Shown piece after piece: positions 29,373 to 39,343 of a stretch of DNA of 64,000 nt (positions are counted from its first letter, which is position 1; each line of letters starts with the position of its first letter). The stretch spans positions 2,144,001-2,208,000 of the forward strand of contig CBDBKE010000004.1 in NCBI GenBank assembly GCA_965206645.1. The letters run 5' to 3'. Both the position numbers and the translations under genes were made by a program. The notes under the pieces are model-generated. The model had not been told where the DNA came from. It saw only the letters and a list, made by a program, of their open reading frames with translations, and did not search any database. This stretch comes from Terriglobia bacterium (GTDB lineage Bacteria > Acidobacteriota > Terriglobia > JAJPHL01 > JAPKYU01).

Positions 29373-30817
29373 TCCCCCGCGAAAAAATTCAGAAACTGGA
29401 CGACTACCGCTACCTGATCCCGCGCGACACGCGGCCCGGGATGCGAACCGATGCGCTGGTCTACACCGACGCCGGCCTGCTGGAGCACATCGTGAAGGAC
29501 CTGTCGCTGGAGCAGGCGGTGAACGTGGCCACGCTGCCCGGCATTGTGGGCCGGTCGCTGGCTATGCCCGACATCCACCAGGGCTACGGCTTTCCCATCG
29601 GCGGGGTGGTTGCCACCGACTGGCACGAGGGCGTGGTCTCGCCCGGCGGCGTGGGCTTCGACATCAATTGTGGGGTGCGCCTGCTCGGCACCTCGCTGAG
29701 CCAGCAGGACGTGCGGCCCCGCCTGCGGGAGCTGGTGCTGCAACTGTTTCGCGACGTGCCCTGCGGTACGGGCGGCCAGGGCCACGTCAAGCTGTCGACG
29801 GCTGAGCTGGACCACCTGCTGGTCCGCGGCGCGCAGTGGATGGTGGAGCATGGGTACGGTCAGGGCGCCGACGCCGAGTTCACCGAGTCGGGCGGGGCGC
29901 TGGCGGCGGCCGACCCTGCCAAGGTCTCCGAACGCGCCCACCAACGCGGCCGCCCACAGGTGGGCACGCTGGGCAGCGGCAACCACTTCCTGGAGGTGCA
30001 GTTCGTCCAGCGCATCCTTGATCAGCAAGCGGCCGAGGCGCTGGGCCTGGTGCAAGACCAAGTGGTGGTGCTCATCCACAGCGGCTCGCGCGGCTTCGGT
30101 CACCAGGTCTGCACCGACTACGTAAAGCTGATGCACGGCGCCATGCAGAAGTACGACATCAAGCTGCCCGACCGGCAACTGGCTTGCGCGCCCATCCAGT
30201 CACCCGAAGGCCAGGACTACCTGGGGGCCATGGCGGCGGCGGCCAACTACGCCTGGGCCAACCGCCAGGGCATCACCCACTTCACGCGCAAGGCGATCCA
30301 GCGGCTGTTCGGCGAGCAGACCCCGGTGCGGGTGATCTATGACGTGGCCCACAACATCGCCAAGCGCGAACGCTACGTGGTGGAGGGTGAGCGCGAGCCG
30401 CGCGATGTGCTGGTGCACCGCAAGGGCGCCACCCGCGCCTTCCCGGCCGGCAACCCGGAAATCCCGGCGCGCTACCGCCACGTTGGCCAGCCGGTGCTGA
30501 TCCCCGGGAGCATGGGCACCGCCTCCTACGTGCTGGTGGGGGCGGAAGGGGCGATGCGCGAGACCTTCGGCAGCGTCTGCCACGGCGCCGGGCGCATGAT
30601 GAGCCGCACCGCCGCCAAGAAAGGCCGCAACGCAAGGGAAGTGCAGCAGGCTCTGGAGGAGCAGGGCATCCTGGTGAAGAGCGAGACGCGCGACGGCATC
30701 CTGGAGGAGATCCCGGAAGCTTACAAGGATATTGACGCCGTCGTCGACGTGGTGCACAACGCCGGCCTGGCCAAGAAAGTGGCGCGCCTGCGCCCGATGG
30801 GCGTCATCAAAGGCTGA
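29369..30817 (+). CDS. rtcB: RNA 2',3'-cyclic phosphate/3'-phosphate-5'-OH ligase RtcB
   Basis: MPDIHQGYGFPIGG, GFDINCG, GSGNHFLE, HSGSRG, HRKGAT, HGAGR and AYKD motifs. Confidence 0.97.
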   Translation: MIPREKIQKLDDYRYLIPRDTRPGMRTDALVYTDAGLLEHIVKDLSLEQAVNVATLPGIVGRSLAMPDIHQGYGFPIGGVVATDWHEGVVSPGGVGFDINCGVRLLGTSLSQQDVRPRLRELVLQLFRDVPCGTGGQGHVKLSTAELDHLLVRGAQWMVEHGYGQGADAEFTESGGALAAADPAKVSERAHQRGRPQVGTLGSGNHFLEVQFVQRILDQQAAEALGLVQDQVVVLIHSGSRGFGHQVCTDYVKLMHGAMQKYDIKLPDRQLACAPIQSPEGQDYLGAMAAAANYAWANRQGITHFTRKAIQRLFGEQTPVRVIYDVAHNIAKRERYVVEGEREPRDVLVHRKGATRAFPAGNPEIPARYRHVGQPVLIPGSMGTASYVLVGAEGAMRETFGSVCHGAGRMMSRTAAKKGRNAREVQQALEEQGILVKSETRDGILEEIPEAYKDIDAVVDVVHNAGLAKKVARLRPMGVIKG

Positions 30818-30857
30818 ATTGCGGAATTAGCAGGATAAACCGGCGCGGGAGGTCCGT

Positions 30858-31679
30858 ATGGGAAAGCTGGCACCGACCTGGCAACTGGCCAAGGTGAGCT
30901 GGGGGGTGCTGCGCGCCGACAAGGAGCTGCTCCTGCTGCCTGTGCTGTCGGCCATTTGCGCTGTACTCGTTTCGGCTACTTTCTTTATTCCACTCATCTG
31001 GATGCCGCAAGAGGCAACCGAAGGGGAACCGGGCTTCTGGGTCTATCTGGGCGTGTTCCTGTTTTACTTCGTCAACTACTTCGTGATGATCTTCTTTAAC
31101 ACTGCGCTGATCGGCGCCACCACCATTCGCCTGCAAGGCGGTGACCCAACCCTGGGTCAAGGCCTCAGCTTCGCCTGGCAAAACCTGGGCCGCATTGCCC
31201 AGTGGGCCGTGGTGGCTGCCACGGTGGGCATGATCCTGAAACTGATCGAGCGACGGGTAGCCGCGCTGGGCAGGCTGATCATCAACCTGATTGGTGTCGC
31301 CTGGACGCTGGCCACCTATTTCGTGGTGCCGGTGATGGTCTGCGAAAAGCTGGGGCCCATTGAGGGCGTCAAGCGCTCAGCCTTGATGTTCCGCCAGACC
31401 TGGGGTGAGCGCCTGGTCAGTGCGGTCAGCTTCGGGCTGCTGTTTTTCCTGCTTGCCATCCCGGCGTTCGTGGTCCCGGTGCTGGCTGGGTTGTTGCTGG
31501 GCGGCACCGCTTTTCTCGTGATGTTCAGCGTCGCGGTCCTCTACCTGATCCTGCTAGCGGTGGTCAGCGCGGCACTGAACGGTGTGTTCGTGGCGGCGCT
31601 CTACCAGTACGCCACCACCGGCCAGGCCTCGGGCCCGTTCACCCCACAATTGCTCAACTCCGCCTGGAGACCACGGTAG
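30858..31679 (+). CDS. Membrane protein (DUF6159-like)
   Basis: SWGVLRADKELL and SALMFRQTWGE motifs, about six TM helices; GGAGG RBS. Confidence 0.8.
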   Translation: MGKLAPTWQLAKVSWGVLRADKELLLLPVLSAICAVLVSATFFIPLIWMPQEATEGEPGFWVYLGVFLFYFVNYFVMIFFNTALIGATTIRLQGGDPTLGQGLSFAWQNLGRIAQWAVVAATVGMILKLIERRVAALGRLIINLIGVAWTLATYFVVPVMVCEKLGPIEGVKRSALMFRQTWGERLVSAVSFGLLFFLLAIPAFVVPVLAGLLLGGTAFLVMFSVAVLYLILLAVVSAALNGVFVAALYQYATTGQASGPFTPQLLNSAWRPR

Positions 31680-31932
31680 CAGCATGAGGCCAAGATCCTG
31701 CTCGCCCTGACGCTGGTGATCGGCGCAGTGGTTGCGTTGGTGGTGGGTGGCTTCATCCTGGTAACGAGCAACCCAGGGCCGCGCGCACGGAATTCTGCGG
31801 GCCGTCGAGCGTCGTGGACGAACCTTTGGCCCGCGTGCTTGCGCGCCTGGAGCAGCGATGACGCGACTGGTCCTGCGTTGATCGGGAAAATGGTATAAGA
31901 GTAGCGTAAGGATTTCGCTCGGGAGAAATAGC

Positions 31933-32841
31933 ATGCGGGCACTCGTGACCGGGGGTACCGGGTTCATCGGACGGCGGTTGGTGAAGAACCTTACGCGCCC
32001 CGTGGTGCTCAGTCGCGATCCGGAGCGCGCCAGAAAACTGTTGGGCGAGGTTGAAGTCCACCGCTGGGAGCATCCGGGCGCCCTGCCTCCGGAAGCTGCC
32101 TTCGAACAGATAGAGGTCGTTTTCCACCTGGCTGGCGAGCCGATCGCCGCAGGCCGTTGGACCGAGGCCCGCAAAGAGCGCATCCGCGAGAGCCGCGTCC
32201 GCGGCACCCGCAGCCTCGTCACCGCCATCGAGTTGCTGCACCTGCGGCCCCGGGTGCTGGTTTCGGGCTCGGCCGTCGGTTACTACGGCAACCGCGGCGA
32301 GGACGTGCTGGAGGAGCCTGCAAACCCTGGCAGCGATTTTCTGGCCCAGGTGTGCAGCGCCTGGGAGAGTGAAGCCAACCGCGCCGCTCCCCTGGGACTG
32401 CGCGTGGTCACGCCACGCACCGGGATCGTGCTGGGCCAGGGAGGCGGTGCCCTGGCTCAGATGCTGACGCCCTTCAAGCTGGGCCTCGGTGGCCGACTGA
32501 GCAGCGGGCGGCAGTGGATGCCCTGGATTCACATGGACGACTTGGTCGGGTTGCTGTTGCACGCTGCCGAGAAGAGCGAGATTTCCGGGGGCATGAACGC
32601 GGTGAGCCCGACGCCGGTGACCAACCGCGAGTTTACCCGGACGCTCGCCTCCGTGCTCTGGCGGCCGGCCATCTTCCCGGTTCCGGCATTGGCGCTGCGA
32701 CTGATCTTTGGAGAAATGGCTTCGATCCTGCTCAGCTCGCAGCGCGTGGTGCCACGGGTCGCCGAGCGGACCGGCTATCGCTTCCGCTACTCAGCGCTGT
32801 CTGAGGCTCTGCGCGCCATTCTCAGAGGTGCGCGGTCATAA
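31933..32841 (+). CDS. TIGR01777-type NAD-dependent epimerase/oxidoreductase
   Basis: TGGTGFIG, HLAGEPI..RWT, SAVGYYG, GRQWMPWIH and SQRVVP motifs. Confidence 0.92.
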   Translation: MRALVTGGTGFIGRRLVKNLTRPVVLSRDPERARKLLGEVEVHRWEHPGALPPEAAFEQIEVVFHLAGEPIAAGRWTEARKERIRESRVRGTRSLVTAIELLHLRPRVLVSGSAVGYYGNRGEDVLEEPANPGSDFLAQVCSAWESEANRAAPLGLRVVTPRTGIVLGQGGGALAQMLTPFKLGLGGRLSSGRQWMPWIHMDDLVGLLLHAAEKSEISGGMNAVSPTPVTNREFTRTLASVLWRPAIFPVPALALRLIFGEMASILLSSQRVVPRVAERTGYRFRYSALSEALRAILRGARS

Positions 32842-32887
32842 TTTCCCCTCGAGGGCACACAGCGGCAACTATAATCAAAGCAAGGTG

Positions 32888-33523
32888 ATGAAGTGCGTCC
32901 TGTGCAATCAGAGGAGCGGCAAACGGTACTGCCCGGGAGTCCGAGGATACATCTGCGGGCCCTGCTGCGGCACGGAGCGCGAAGTTTCCATCGAATGCCC
33001 CTTTGACTGCGTGTATCTGCAGGAAGCGCACCGCCGTGAGCTCGAGCGTGCCGAACCTCCAACCGAGGTGCCTTATGCCGGTCACGAAGTTCCCCGCGAC
33101 TTCGTGCACGAAAAGGAGCCATTCATCGGCGGCTTGTCGCACTCGTTGCTGCGCTACGCAATGAACAACCCAGGGATGGTGGACGCCGACGCGCAAGCCA
33201 CGCTCGACGCGTTGGTCCGCACCTACGAGACGCTCTCCAGCGGCCTGGTCTATGAAACGCTGCCCGAAGGGTCGCTGCGGGTCAACTTGTACCGGGAGTT
33301 GCAGAAGTTTTTCGAGGACTGGAGGAAACAGGAGTCGCAACGTGCCGGCATGGAGGTGATCCGCGACGGGGACGTGTTGCGCTCCCTGGTCTTCCTGGGA
33401 CGGCTGGCGCTGGTCCACGACAACCGCCGGCCTCGCGGCAAGGCTTTCGTTTCCTTCCTCCGTCGCGTCTTTCCCGAGCCCACGACTCAGCAGTCCCAGC
33501 GCCTGATCATCCCGGGAGCCTGA
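32888..33523 (+). CDS. Hypothetical protein with an N-terminal Cys-rich Zn-binding motif
   Basis: MKCVLC..KRYCP..ICGPCCG..ECPFDCVYL; TATAAT upstream. Confidence 0.8.
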   Translation: MKCVLCNQRSGKRYCPGVRGYICGPCCGTEREVSIECPFDCVYLQEAHRRELERAEPPTEVPYAGHEVPRDFVHEKEPFIGGLSHSLLRYAMNNPGMVDADAQATLDALVRTYETLSSGLVYETLPEGSLRVNLYRELQKFFEDWRKQESQRAGMEVIRDGDVLRSLVFLGRLALVHDNRRPRGKAFVSFLRRVFPEPTTQQSQRLIIPGA

Positions 33524-33568
33524 GCGGTCGCTGCCTGCGGAACTCGGCGGTTCCCCGCCTGCGCCAGC

Positions 33569-34417
33569 TCACCTCCGGGCGCGCGGGTAGCTGCCCAATA
33601 CGCGCAGGAACTGGGTGAGTTCGGCCAGGTGACGCAGGGCGTTGCGGCAGCGCGGTTGTTTTGGTTGACCCAGAAAATCCAGGTAGAAGAAGTATTCCCA
33701 GGGGCGACCACGCACCGGGCGCGACTCGATCTTGTTCAGGTTGATGTCGCGCAGGGAAAACGCGCCCAGACACTTGAACAGGGCGCCGGAGACGTTCTGA
33801 GTAGCAAAGACAATGGAAGTCTTGTCGGGCGAGCCCAGGCGGCGCAGCCCGGGCAGAGCCCGCCCGCGGCGCGCCAGCAAGAAGAAGCGCGTGTAATTTT
33901 CCTTGTCATCTTCAATGCTCCGCCGCAGGATGCGCGCGCCGTAGATGGAGGAGGAGGCGGCGCTGGCAATGGCGGCCGCGTCCGGCTCCCGCTGCTCCAT
34001 GATCATCTTGACGCTGCCGGCGGTGTCGTAAAACGGGACTGACTGGAGCTTTCGGTGGCGGCGGAAAAGGCTGCGGCATTGGCCAAGTGCCACCGGGTGC
34101 GAGAACACCCGGCGCACCTTCCCAAATTGCACCCCCGGCGGGGCAATCAGGTTGTGCACAATGCGCACCTGGGTCTCACCGACAATGGGGAGGCGGTACT
34201 GTAGCAACAAATCGTAGATTTCGTGCACCGAGCCCGCCAGAGTGTTCTCGATCGGCAGGAGGCCGCAGTCCACTTGGCCGCGCGCCAGGCGCCGGAACGC
34301 TTCTTCAAAGCTGGCCGAGGGCACCAGTTCGATCCGCTGGCCCAGCAGTTTTCGGGCAGCTTCCTCGCTGAAGGCGCCTCGTTCTCCCTGAATGGCCACC
34401 CGCATGGCGCGCATCAT
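33569..34417 (-). CDS. pheA: Prephenate dehydratase
   Basis: QGERGAFSE, PIENT..GSV, SHPVAL, NYTRF and the ACT-domain KIESRP motif. Confidence 0.93.
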   Translation of the reverse strand: MMRAMRVAIQGERGAFSEEAARKLLGQRIELVPSASFEEAFRRLARGQVDCGLLPIENTLAGSVHEIYDLLLQYRLPIVGETQVRIVHNLIAPPGVQFGKVRRVFSHPVALGQCRSLFRRHRKLQSVPFYDTAGSVKMIMEQREPDAAAIASAASSSIYGARILRRSIEDDKENYTRFFLLARRGRALPGLRRLGSPDKTSIVFATQNVSGALFKCLGAFSLRDINLNKIESRPVRGRPWEYFFYLDFLGQPKQPRCRNALRHLAELTQFLRVLGSYPRARR

Positions 34418-35121
34418 ATACCATCCATGGCATCATCCGTGGGGCTACCCGTGGGACCATCGGTCGCGCGCAGGCGGCGCTTCATCCGCGGACCCAGGTA
34501 GAAGCCGGCCCACAGGTCAATCGCAAAATGCGCCCCAATGGCCGGCCACAGGCTTCCTGTGACGGCGAAGCCCCCCAGCAGCAGCGCGCCCAGCACCGTG
34601 GCGCGGAACACGCCATACCAACCTTGGTAGAGGTGGGTCAGTGCGAACGCCAGCGTGGCCAGTCCTGCGGCACTCCAGGCGGGCAACCATACTGCTGCCC
34701 GCCCGTAGGCAAAGCCGCGGTAGAGCACCTCTTCGCAGAAGCCCGCGGTCAGCGCCAGACCAACGAAGGCTACCTTCTCCGCAGCCGATTCCGGGATTAA
34801 CCACAGCACCAGCGGGTCTTCCCGTCCCGGCGCGCGCGCCAACAGGCGCGCCACTGCGGCCACCGCCGCCAGTGCCAGTAAGGTAGCCAGCGCCGCCCCT
34901 TCGATACCCCAGTGCCCGGCAGTGCCCAAGCCCAGTATAAAACCTTCCCGGTGCGATGCCCACAGGACCAGCACTGTCGCGCCCCACTGGATGACTATGC
35001 TTTGACCGTAGAGCCAGAGGCGCGGCCAATCCAATAGCTCCAGACGATGCTGGTGCAGGCGGATGGCCATCAGCGGAAAACCAGCGTAAACCAACAGCAG
35101 CAACGCCACAGCTGGCAGCAC
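34414..35121 (-). CDS. CPBP (CAAX/Abi) intramembrane metalloprotease
   Basis: GFCEEVLYRG, FALTHLYQG and AIGAH motifs. Start is uncertain (GTG 35121). Confidence 0.85.
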   Translation of the reverse strand: MLPAVALLLLVYAGFPLMAIRLHQHRLELLDWPRLWLYGQSIVIQWGATVLVLWASHREGFILGLGTAGHWGIEGAALATLLALAAVAAVARLLARAPGREDPLVLWLIPESAAEKVAFVGLALTAGFCEEVLYRGFAYGRAAVWLPAWSAAGLATLAFALTHLYQGWYGVFRATVLGALLLGGFAVTGSLWPAIGAHFAIDLWAGFYLGPRMKRRLRATDGPTGSPTDDAMDGI

Positions 35122-35222
35122 GCTTGTCAGCTTAGCAGGGATTTTTACTCTCGGGCGTCGGGGCTCGGTGGTGGGCTGGAGCGAGAGAGCGGCAACGCAG
35201 CCGGGGGCGCTATACTCGTGCG

Positions 35223-35885
35223 GTGAAAATACTAGAGGAAATTGTCCCGGGACCGGCAGGCGACCTGGAAGGGTTGCTAACAGTGCCCGAGCAGGCGGCG
35301 GCGAGCCAGCCGTTGTGGGTAGCGGTTGTCTGCCACCCGCACCCGCTCTACGGAGGCACCCTGCACAACAAGGTAGTGTTCCACCTGACGCGGTCACTCG
35401 CTGGGCTGGGCTGGCCGGTGCTGCGCTTCAATTACCGAGGCGTGGGCCGCAGTGCCGGGAAATTGGAGGAGGAGGCAGGCGCCGCGGCCCTTCTCCAGGC
35501 CGCAAGCGGGGATTTGCAGGCTGCGCTGGACTGGCTGCTCGCTCGCTTTCCCGGAGCACAGCTCTGCGGCGCCGGATTTTCCTTCGGCGCGAAAGCGGTG
35601 CTCCAGGTGGCGCAATCAGACGCGCGCCTGGCTCGGCTGCTGGTCGTCGGGACACCGGTGGCAATGGGTGGCGACCTCGACCTGTTTCCCCTCGTTGCCC
35701 GCCTAACCCAGCCCAAGCTGTTCATCCAGGGCGAGGCCGACCCCTACGGTCCACCTGAGCTGATTCGCCGGCTGTTCGAAGCAGCCGCCAACCCCAAGCG
35801 TCTGGTCATGATCCCTGGGGCGGGACACTTCTTCGAAGACCACCTGAACGAATTGCGCGCGGCAGCCGCTTCGGTCGCCGACTGA
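35223..35885 (+). CDS. Alpha/beta hydrolase
   Basis: CHPHPLYGGT, RFNYRGVG, GFSFG nucleophile elbow and GHFF motifs. Confidence 0.9.
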   Translation: MKILEEIVPGPAGDLEGLLTVPEQAAASQPLWVAVVCHPHPLYGGTLHNKVVFHLTRSLAGLGWPVLRFNYRGVGRSAGKLEEEAGAAALLQAASGDLQAALDWLLARFPGAQLCGAGFSFGAKAVLQVAQSDARLARLLVVGTPVAMGGDLDLFPLVARLTQPKLFIQGEADPYGPPELIRRLFEAAANPKRLVMIPGAGHFFEDHLNELRAAAASVAD

Positions 35886-35899
35886 CGGTCCGCGCGGCT

Positions 35900-36313
35900 T
35901 CATTCCAGTTCCAGGCGGGTGATTTCCAGGTCGGGTGACACCCGGTTCCAGGTATCGGGAATCTCTTCAAAACCCATGCGAAACTGGCGTGACTCGCCGG
36001 GACCCAGCGGCACATGCCCGGGGCTGATCACCCTAGTGCGCTCGCGCAACACCACATGGCTGAGGTCATCGCGGAAGCTTACGTTCACTTCCAGCAGCGT
36101 GATGGTCCGATCACCGCCGTTGCTCACCTCCCCCGCCACGTAATACACGGTTTGCCCGACCATGTTCTCCCGAGCGCTCAAGCGGAAGTTCGAGAACGAG
36201 ATTCGGGTGGCGTAATTCGCAATGTCGCGCGGGGAAAGCTCCGGACTAGGACGGCAGCCCCAAAAAAGAAATGCCGCCAAACAGAGTAAAAGCAATAAGG
36301 AGGTTCTGCTCAT
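35900..36313 (-). CDS. Putative lipoprotein (FxLYD/DUF3426-like Ig fold)
   Basis: Lipobox-like LFWGC; GEVSNGGDR and PLGPGESRQF motifs. Confidence 0.7.
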   Translation of the reverse strand: MSRTSLLLLLCLAAFLFWGCRPSPELSPRDIANYATRISFSNFRLSARENMVGQTVYYVAGEVSNGGDRTITLLEVNVSFRDDLSHVVLRERTRVISPGHVPLGPGESRQFRMGFEEIPDTWNRVSPDLEITRLELE

Positions 36314-36365
36314 CGGGGTGAAATTAATTCCCGCTGGAACAGAGAGGCACACCTACAAAGAGAAT

Positions 36366-36425
36366 AATCCGCAAATTTCGCGGATTTCACAGAAAGCTCG
36401 GGGCAGTCTGCAGAATCTGTGGATT
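36366..36425. repeat. Nonamer (CRCRRATTT) tandem and inverted REP-like element
   Basis: AATCCGCAAATTT CGCGGATTT CACAGA ... TCTGCAGAATCTGTGGATT. Confidence 0.6.
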
Positions 36426-36450
36426 CCTTCCGTTACTGCTCACTTTAGCT

Positions 36451-37800
36451 TCAGAGCCCGGCGACGGTCATCTCGGCAATCTTGATGGTGGGAGCCGCCA
36501 CCGCGCCGCGAAATTCCAGGTCGTTGCCCACCATCTCCACGCTGCGCAGCATATCGAGGAGGTTGCCCGCGATGGTGACTTCCTCCACCGGATAAGCCAG
36601 CTCCCCGTCTTCAATCCACATCCCTGCAGCGCCTCGGGAATAGTCGCCGGTCACCAGGTTCACTCCGAAGCCGATGCATTCGGTCACGTAGAAGCCGCGC
36701 GTCACCGACCGAAGAATCTCTTCAGGAGAATTTTCTCCAGCCAGCAGATAGAAGTTACCTGGGCTGATGCCAGGATTACCTGCCAGCCCGCGCGCGGCGT
36801 TGCCAGTGGTAGGCATGCCGAGCTTCCGTCCGGCGTAGCAATTCAGCAGGAAATTGCGGAGCACGCCCTGCTCAACCATTGGAGTGCGCCGGGTGGGCAC
36901 TCCCTCGTCATCGAAGGGCGAGGTGCCAAAGCCCCTCGGCATGGTGCCGTCGTCCACTAGGTTGACCAGCGGAGAAGCCACCAGCTCGCCCAGCCGCCCC
37001 GCCAGGAAGCTGGCTTCGCGATAGACAGCTTCACCATTGAGCGCTTCGCCCAGGTTCCCCAGCAGGCCCTTGGCCGTGCGCGGCTCAAACACCACTGGCA
37101 CGCGGCAGGTATCCACCTTGCGGGCTCCCAGGCGTCGGACGGTACGCTCGGCGGCGATGCGGCCCACCTGTTCCGGATTCTCCAAGCCGGCCAGATTGCG
37201 GGAGATCGCATACCAGTAGCCACACTGCATGGCCCCTCCGTTGGAAACGGCGATGGGCACAGCGCTCAGCAGGCAGTAGGAGCGGTTGTATTCGCCCAAA
37301 AAGCCGCTGGAATTGGCCAGGATCTGGCGGCCGCTGACGGCGTCAAACGAGGCCCCCTCAGAGTTCTGGATGCGCGGGTCATAAGCCAACGCGACGCGCT
37401 CGGCCGTACGAGCCAGCTCAATCCGCGCCGGCACCGGCAGGGCATCCATGTCGTCAAAGCAGAGTTCGAGGTCGCCGCTGAGCTGCCCCAGCAGTTCCGG
37501 CTCGGGCAGCCGATGCAGCGCATCCTCGGACGTGAAGTGCGCCATGGCCAGGGCGTCGCGGACAGCGCGCTCTACTCCTTCGCGGGAAAAGTCCGAGGTG
37601 TAGCAACTGGCGGCGCGTTGCTCCACCAGTACGCGCACGCCCAGGGCCTTCGACGCCGCCTCCTTCACCGCCTCCACTTCGCCCAGGCGCACCGTGGTGG
37701 AAAACTCGCGGCCGTCGCGGATGATGCACTCGGCAGCGGAGGCGCCGCCGCGACGGGCACGCTCGACGACGTCGGCAGCCAGGTTTTTCAGCTGGTCCAT
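36451..37800 (-). CDS. pmbA: TldE/PmbA family protein
   Basis: SPFDDEGVPT, TGNAARG, GVNLVTGDYSRG and TIAGNL motifs; no HExxxH. Confidence 0.92.
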   Translation of the reverse strand: MDQLKNLAADVVERARRGGASAAECIIRDGREFSTTVRLGEVEAVKEAASKALGVRVLVEQRAASCYTSDFSREGVERAVRDALAMAHFTSEDALHRLPEPELLGQLSGDLELCFDDMDALPVPARIELARTAERVALAYDPRIQNSEGASFDAVSGRQILANSSGFLGEYNRSYCLLSAVPIAVSNGGAMQCGYWYAISRNLAGLENPEQVGRIAAERTVRRLGARKVDTCRVPVVFEPRTAKGLLGNLGEALNGEAVYREASFLAGRLGELVASPLVNLVDDGTMPRGFGTSPFDDEGVPTRRTPMVEQGVLRNFLLNCYAGRKLGMPTTGNAARGLAGNPGISPGNFYLLAGENSPEEILRSVTRGFYVTECIGFGVNLVTGDYSRGAAGMWIEDGELAYPVEEVTIAGNLLDMLRSVEMVGNDLEFRGAVAAPTIKIAEMTVAGL

Positions 37801-37802
37801 GT

Positions 37803-39278
37803 TCAAAGCAGGGTTGATGGGGGCGTTGACTGCGCCCTTCGCGGGCCAGTGCCGCCTACTGTCAGACGGTCCACTCGAAGGGTGGGCAGGCCCACGCCCA
37901 CCGGCACCGACTGCCCGTCCTTGCCACAGGTGCCGATGCCTTCGTCCAATTGCAGATCGCCGCCAACCATTGAGACCTGCGTCAACACCTCCGGGCCGCT
38001 ACCGATCAGTGTGGCGTTGCGCACCGGGCGGGTGATGGCGCCGTTTTCGATCAGGTACGCTTCCGAGGCGGAGAAGACGAACTTGCCGCTGGTGATGTCC
38101 ACCTGCCCGCCGCCAAAGCTGACGGCGTACAGGCCCCGGTCCACGGAGCGGATGATTTCCTGCGGGTCGCTCTCCCCGGCCAGCATGTAGGTGTTGGTCA
38201 TGCGGGGCATGGGCATGTGCTCATAGCTTTCGCGGCGGCCGTTGCCGGTGAGCGGTGCGCGCAGCAACTGCGCGTTCAGCTTGTCCTGCAGGTAGCCCTT
38301 CAGCACTCCCTTTTCGATCAGTACCGTGCAATTGGTCGGCGTACCCTCGTCGTCCATGTTCAATGAGCCCCGGCGGGCAGGGATGGTCCCGTCGTCCACC
38401 ACCGTACACAGCTCGCTGGCCACTCGCTGGCCGAGACGCCCGCTGAAGGCGGAAGTTTTCTTGCGGTTGAAGTCCGCCTCCAGGCCGTGGCCCACCGCTT
38501 CATGCAGCAGGATGCCCGGCCAGCCCGGACCGAGCACCACCGCCATCTCGCCGGCGGGGGCGTCGGTGGCTTCCAGTTGCACAACAGCCTGGCGCGCTGC
38601 TTCGGTGGCGAAGTGCTCGGGGGTTTTCTCTCGCTCGAAGAATTCCAGCTCGACTCGGCCGCCGCCGCCGCTTGTGCCGCGCTGAGTGATCTGGCCCTGT
38701 CGGGCCAGGCAGACCAAGCTGAGGCGGGCCAGGGGTTGGAAGTCGCCCACCAGCCGCCCGTCGGAGCCGGCCACCATCACGTAGCGGACCTCGTCGGCAT
38801 AGCCGACGCGCACCTGGAAGATGCGGTGGTCGTGGCGACGGGCGGCCCGGTCGGCGCGGAACACCAGTTCCATCTTGCGCGCCAGCTCCACGTCGGTGGG
38901 CGCGGTGAGAACCGGGTACAGGTTGCGCTCCACGGTAGCACCCGCCAGCCCCACCGTGCTCACACGGGCCGGGCCGCTGGCGATTTGGGCGGCGATGCGC
39001 GCCGCCTGCAGGATTTTCTCCGCGGCCAGATCGTCGGTGTAGGCGTAGCCGGTCTTCTCGCCCGAAATGACCCGCACGCCGCAGCCCACCGACACTCCCT
39101 GTGTCGCTCCCTTCACGATGGATTCATCCAGACTGATGGAAGTGGTGGCCTGGTACTCGAAATACAGGTCGGCGTAGTCACCGCCGGCCGACAGCGCTTC
39201 CCCGAGATAGCGCTCCAGATCGCGCTCGGTCACGCCGTACCGTTCGTCGAAGAACTTGTGTTCGGGCTTGGTCGTCAT
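37803..39278 (-). CDS. tldD: TldD metalloprotease
   Basis: ADLYFE, GILLHEAVGHGLEADFN, PRMTNTY and CGKDGQ motifs. The true start is MTTKPEH; the longer 1080-aa ORF is an antisense extension over valS. Confidence 0.95.
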   Translation of the reverse strand: MTTKPEHKFFDERYGVTERDLERYLGEALSAGGDYADLYFEYQATTSISLDESIVKGATQGVSVGCGVRVISGEKTGYAYTDDLAAEKILQAARIAAQIASGPARVSTVGLAGATVERNLYPVLTAPTDVELARKMELVFRADRAARRHDHRIFQVRVGYADEVRYVMVAGSDGRLVGDFQPLARLSLVCLARQGQITQRGTSGGGGRVELEFFEREKTPEHFATEAARQAVVQLEATDAPAGEMAVVLGPGWPGILLHEAVGHGLEADFNRKKTSAFSGRLGQRVASELCTVVDDGTIPARRGSLNMDDEGTPTNCTVLIEKGVLKGYLQDKLNAQLLRAPLTGNGRRESYEHMPMPRMTNTYMLAGESDPQEIIRSVDRGLYAVSFGGGQVDITSGKFVFSASEAYLIENGAITRPVRNATLIGSGPEVLTQVSMVGGDLQLDEGIGTCGKDGQSVPVGVGLPTLRVDRLTVGGTGPRRAQSTPPSTLL

Positions 39279-39343
39279 CGTCGTTCCTATTCTATTCCAG
39301 GAACGCCTGCCAGGGTATACACCTGCACCCCAGTCTACCAGGA

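Noticed and set aside
6190-30817. Functional pairing of the HEPN-like gene with RtcB/archease as a toxin-repair system
   Set aside because: They are about 22 kb apart and compositionally different, with no shared signals.
31684-31904. Possible small membrane protein between the DUF6159-like gene and the epimerase
   Set aside because: There is a hydrophobic stretch, but the ATG at 31684 is out of frame with it and no family is recognisable. It may be a remnant but cannot be supported.
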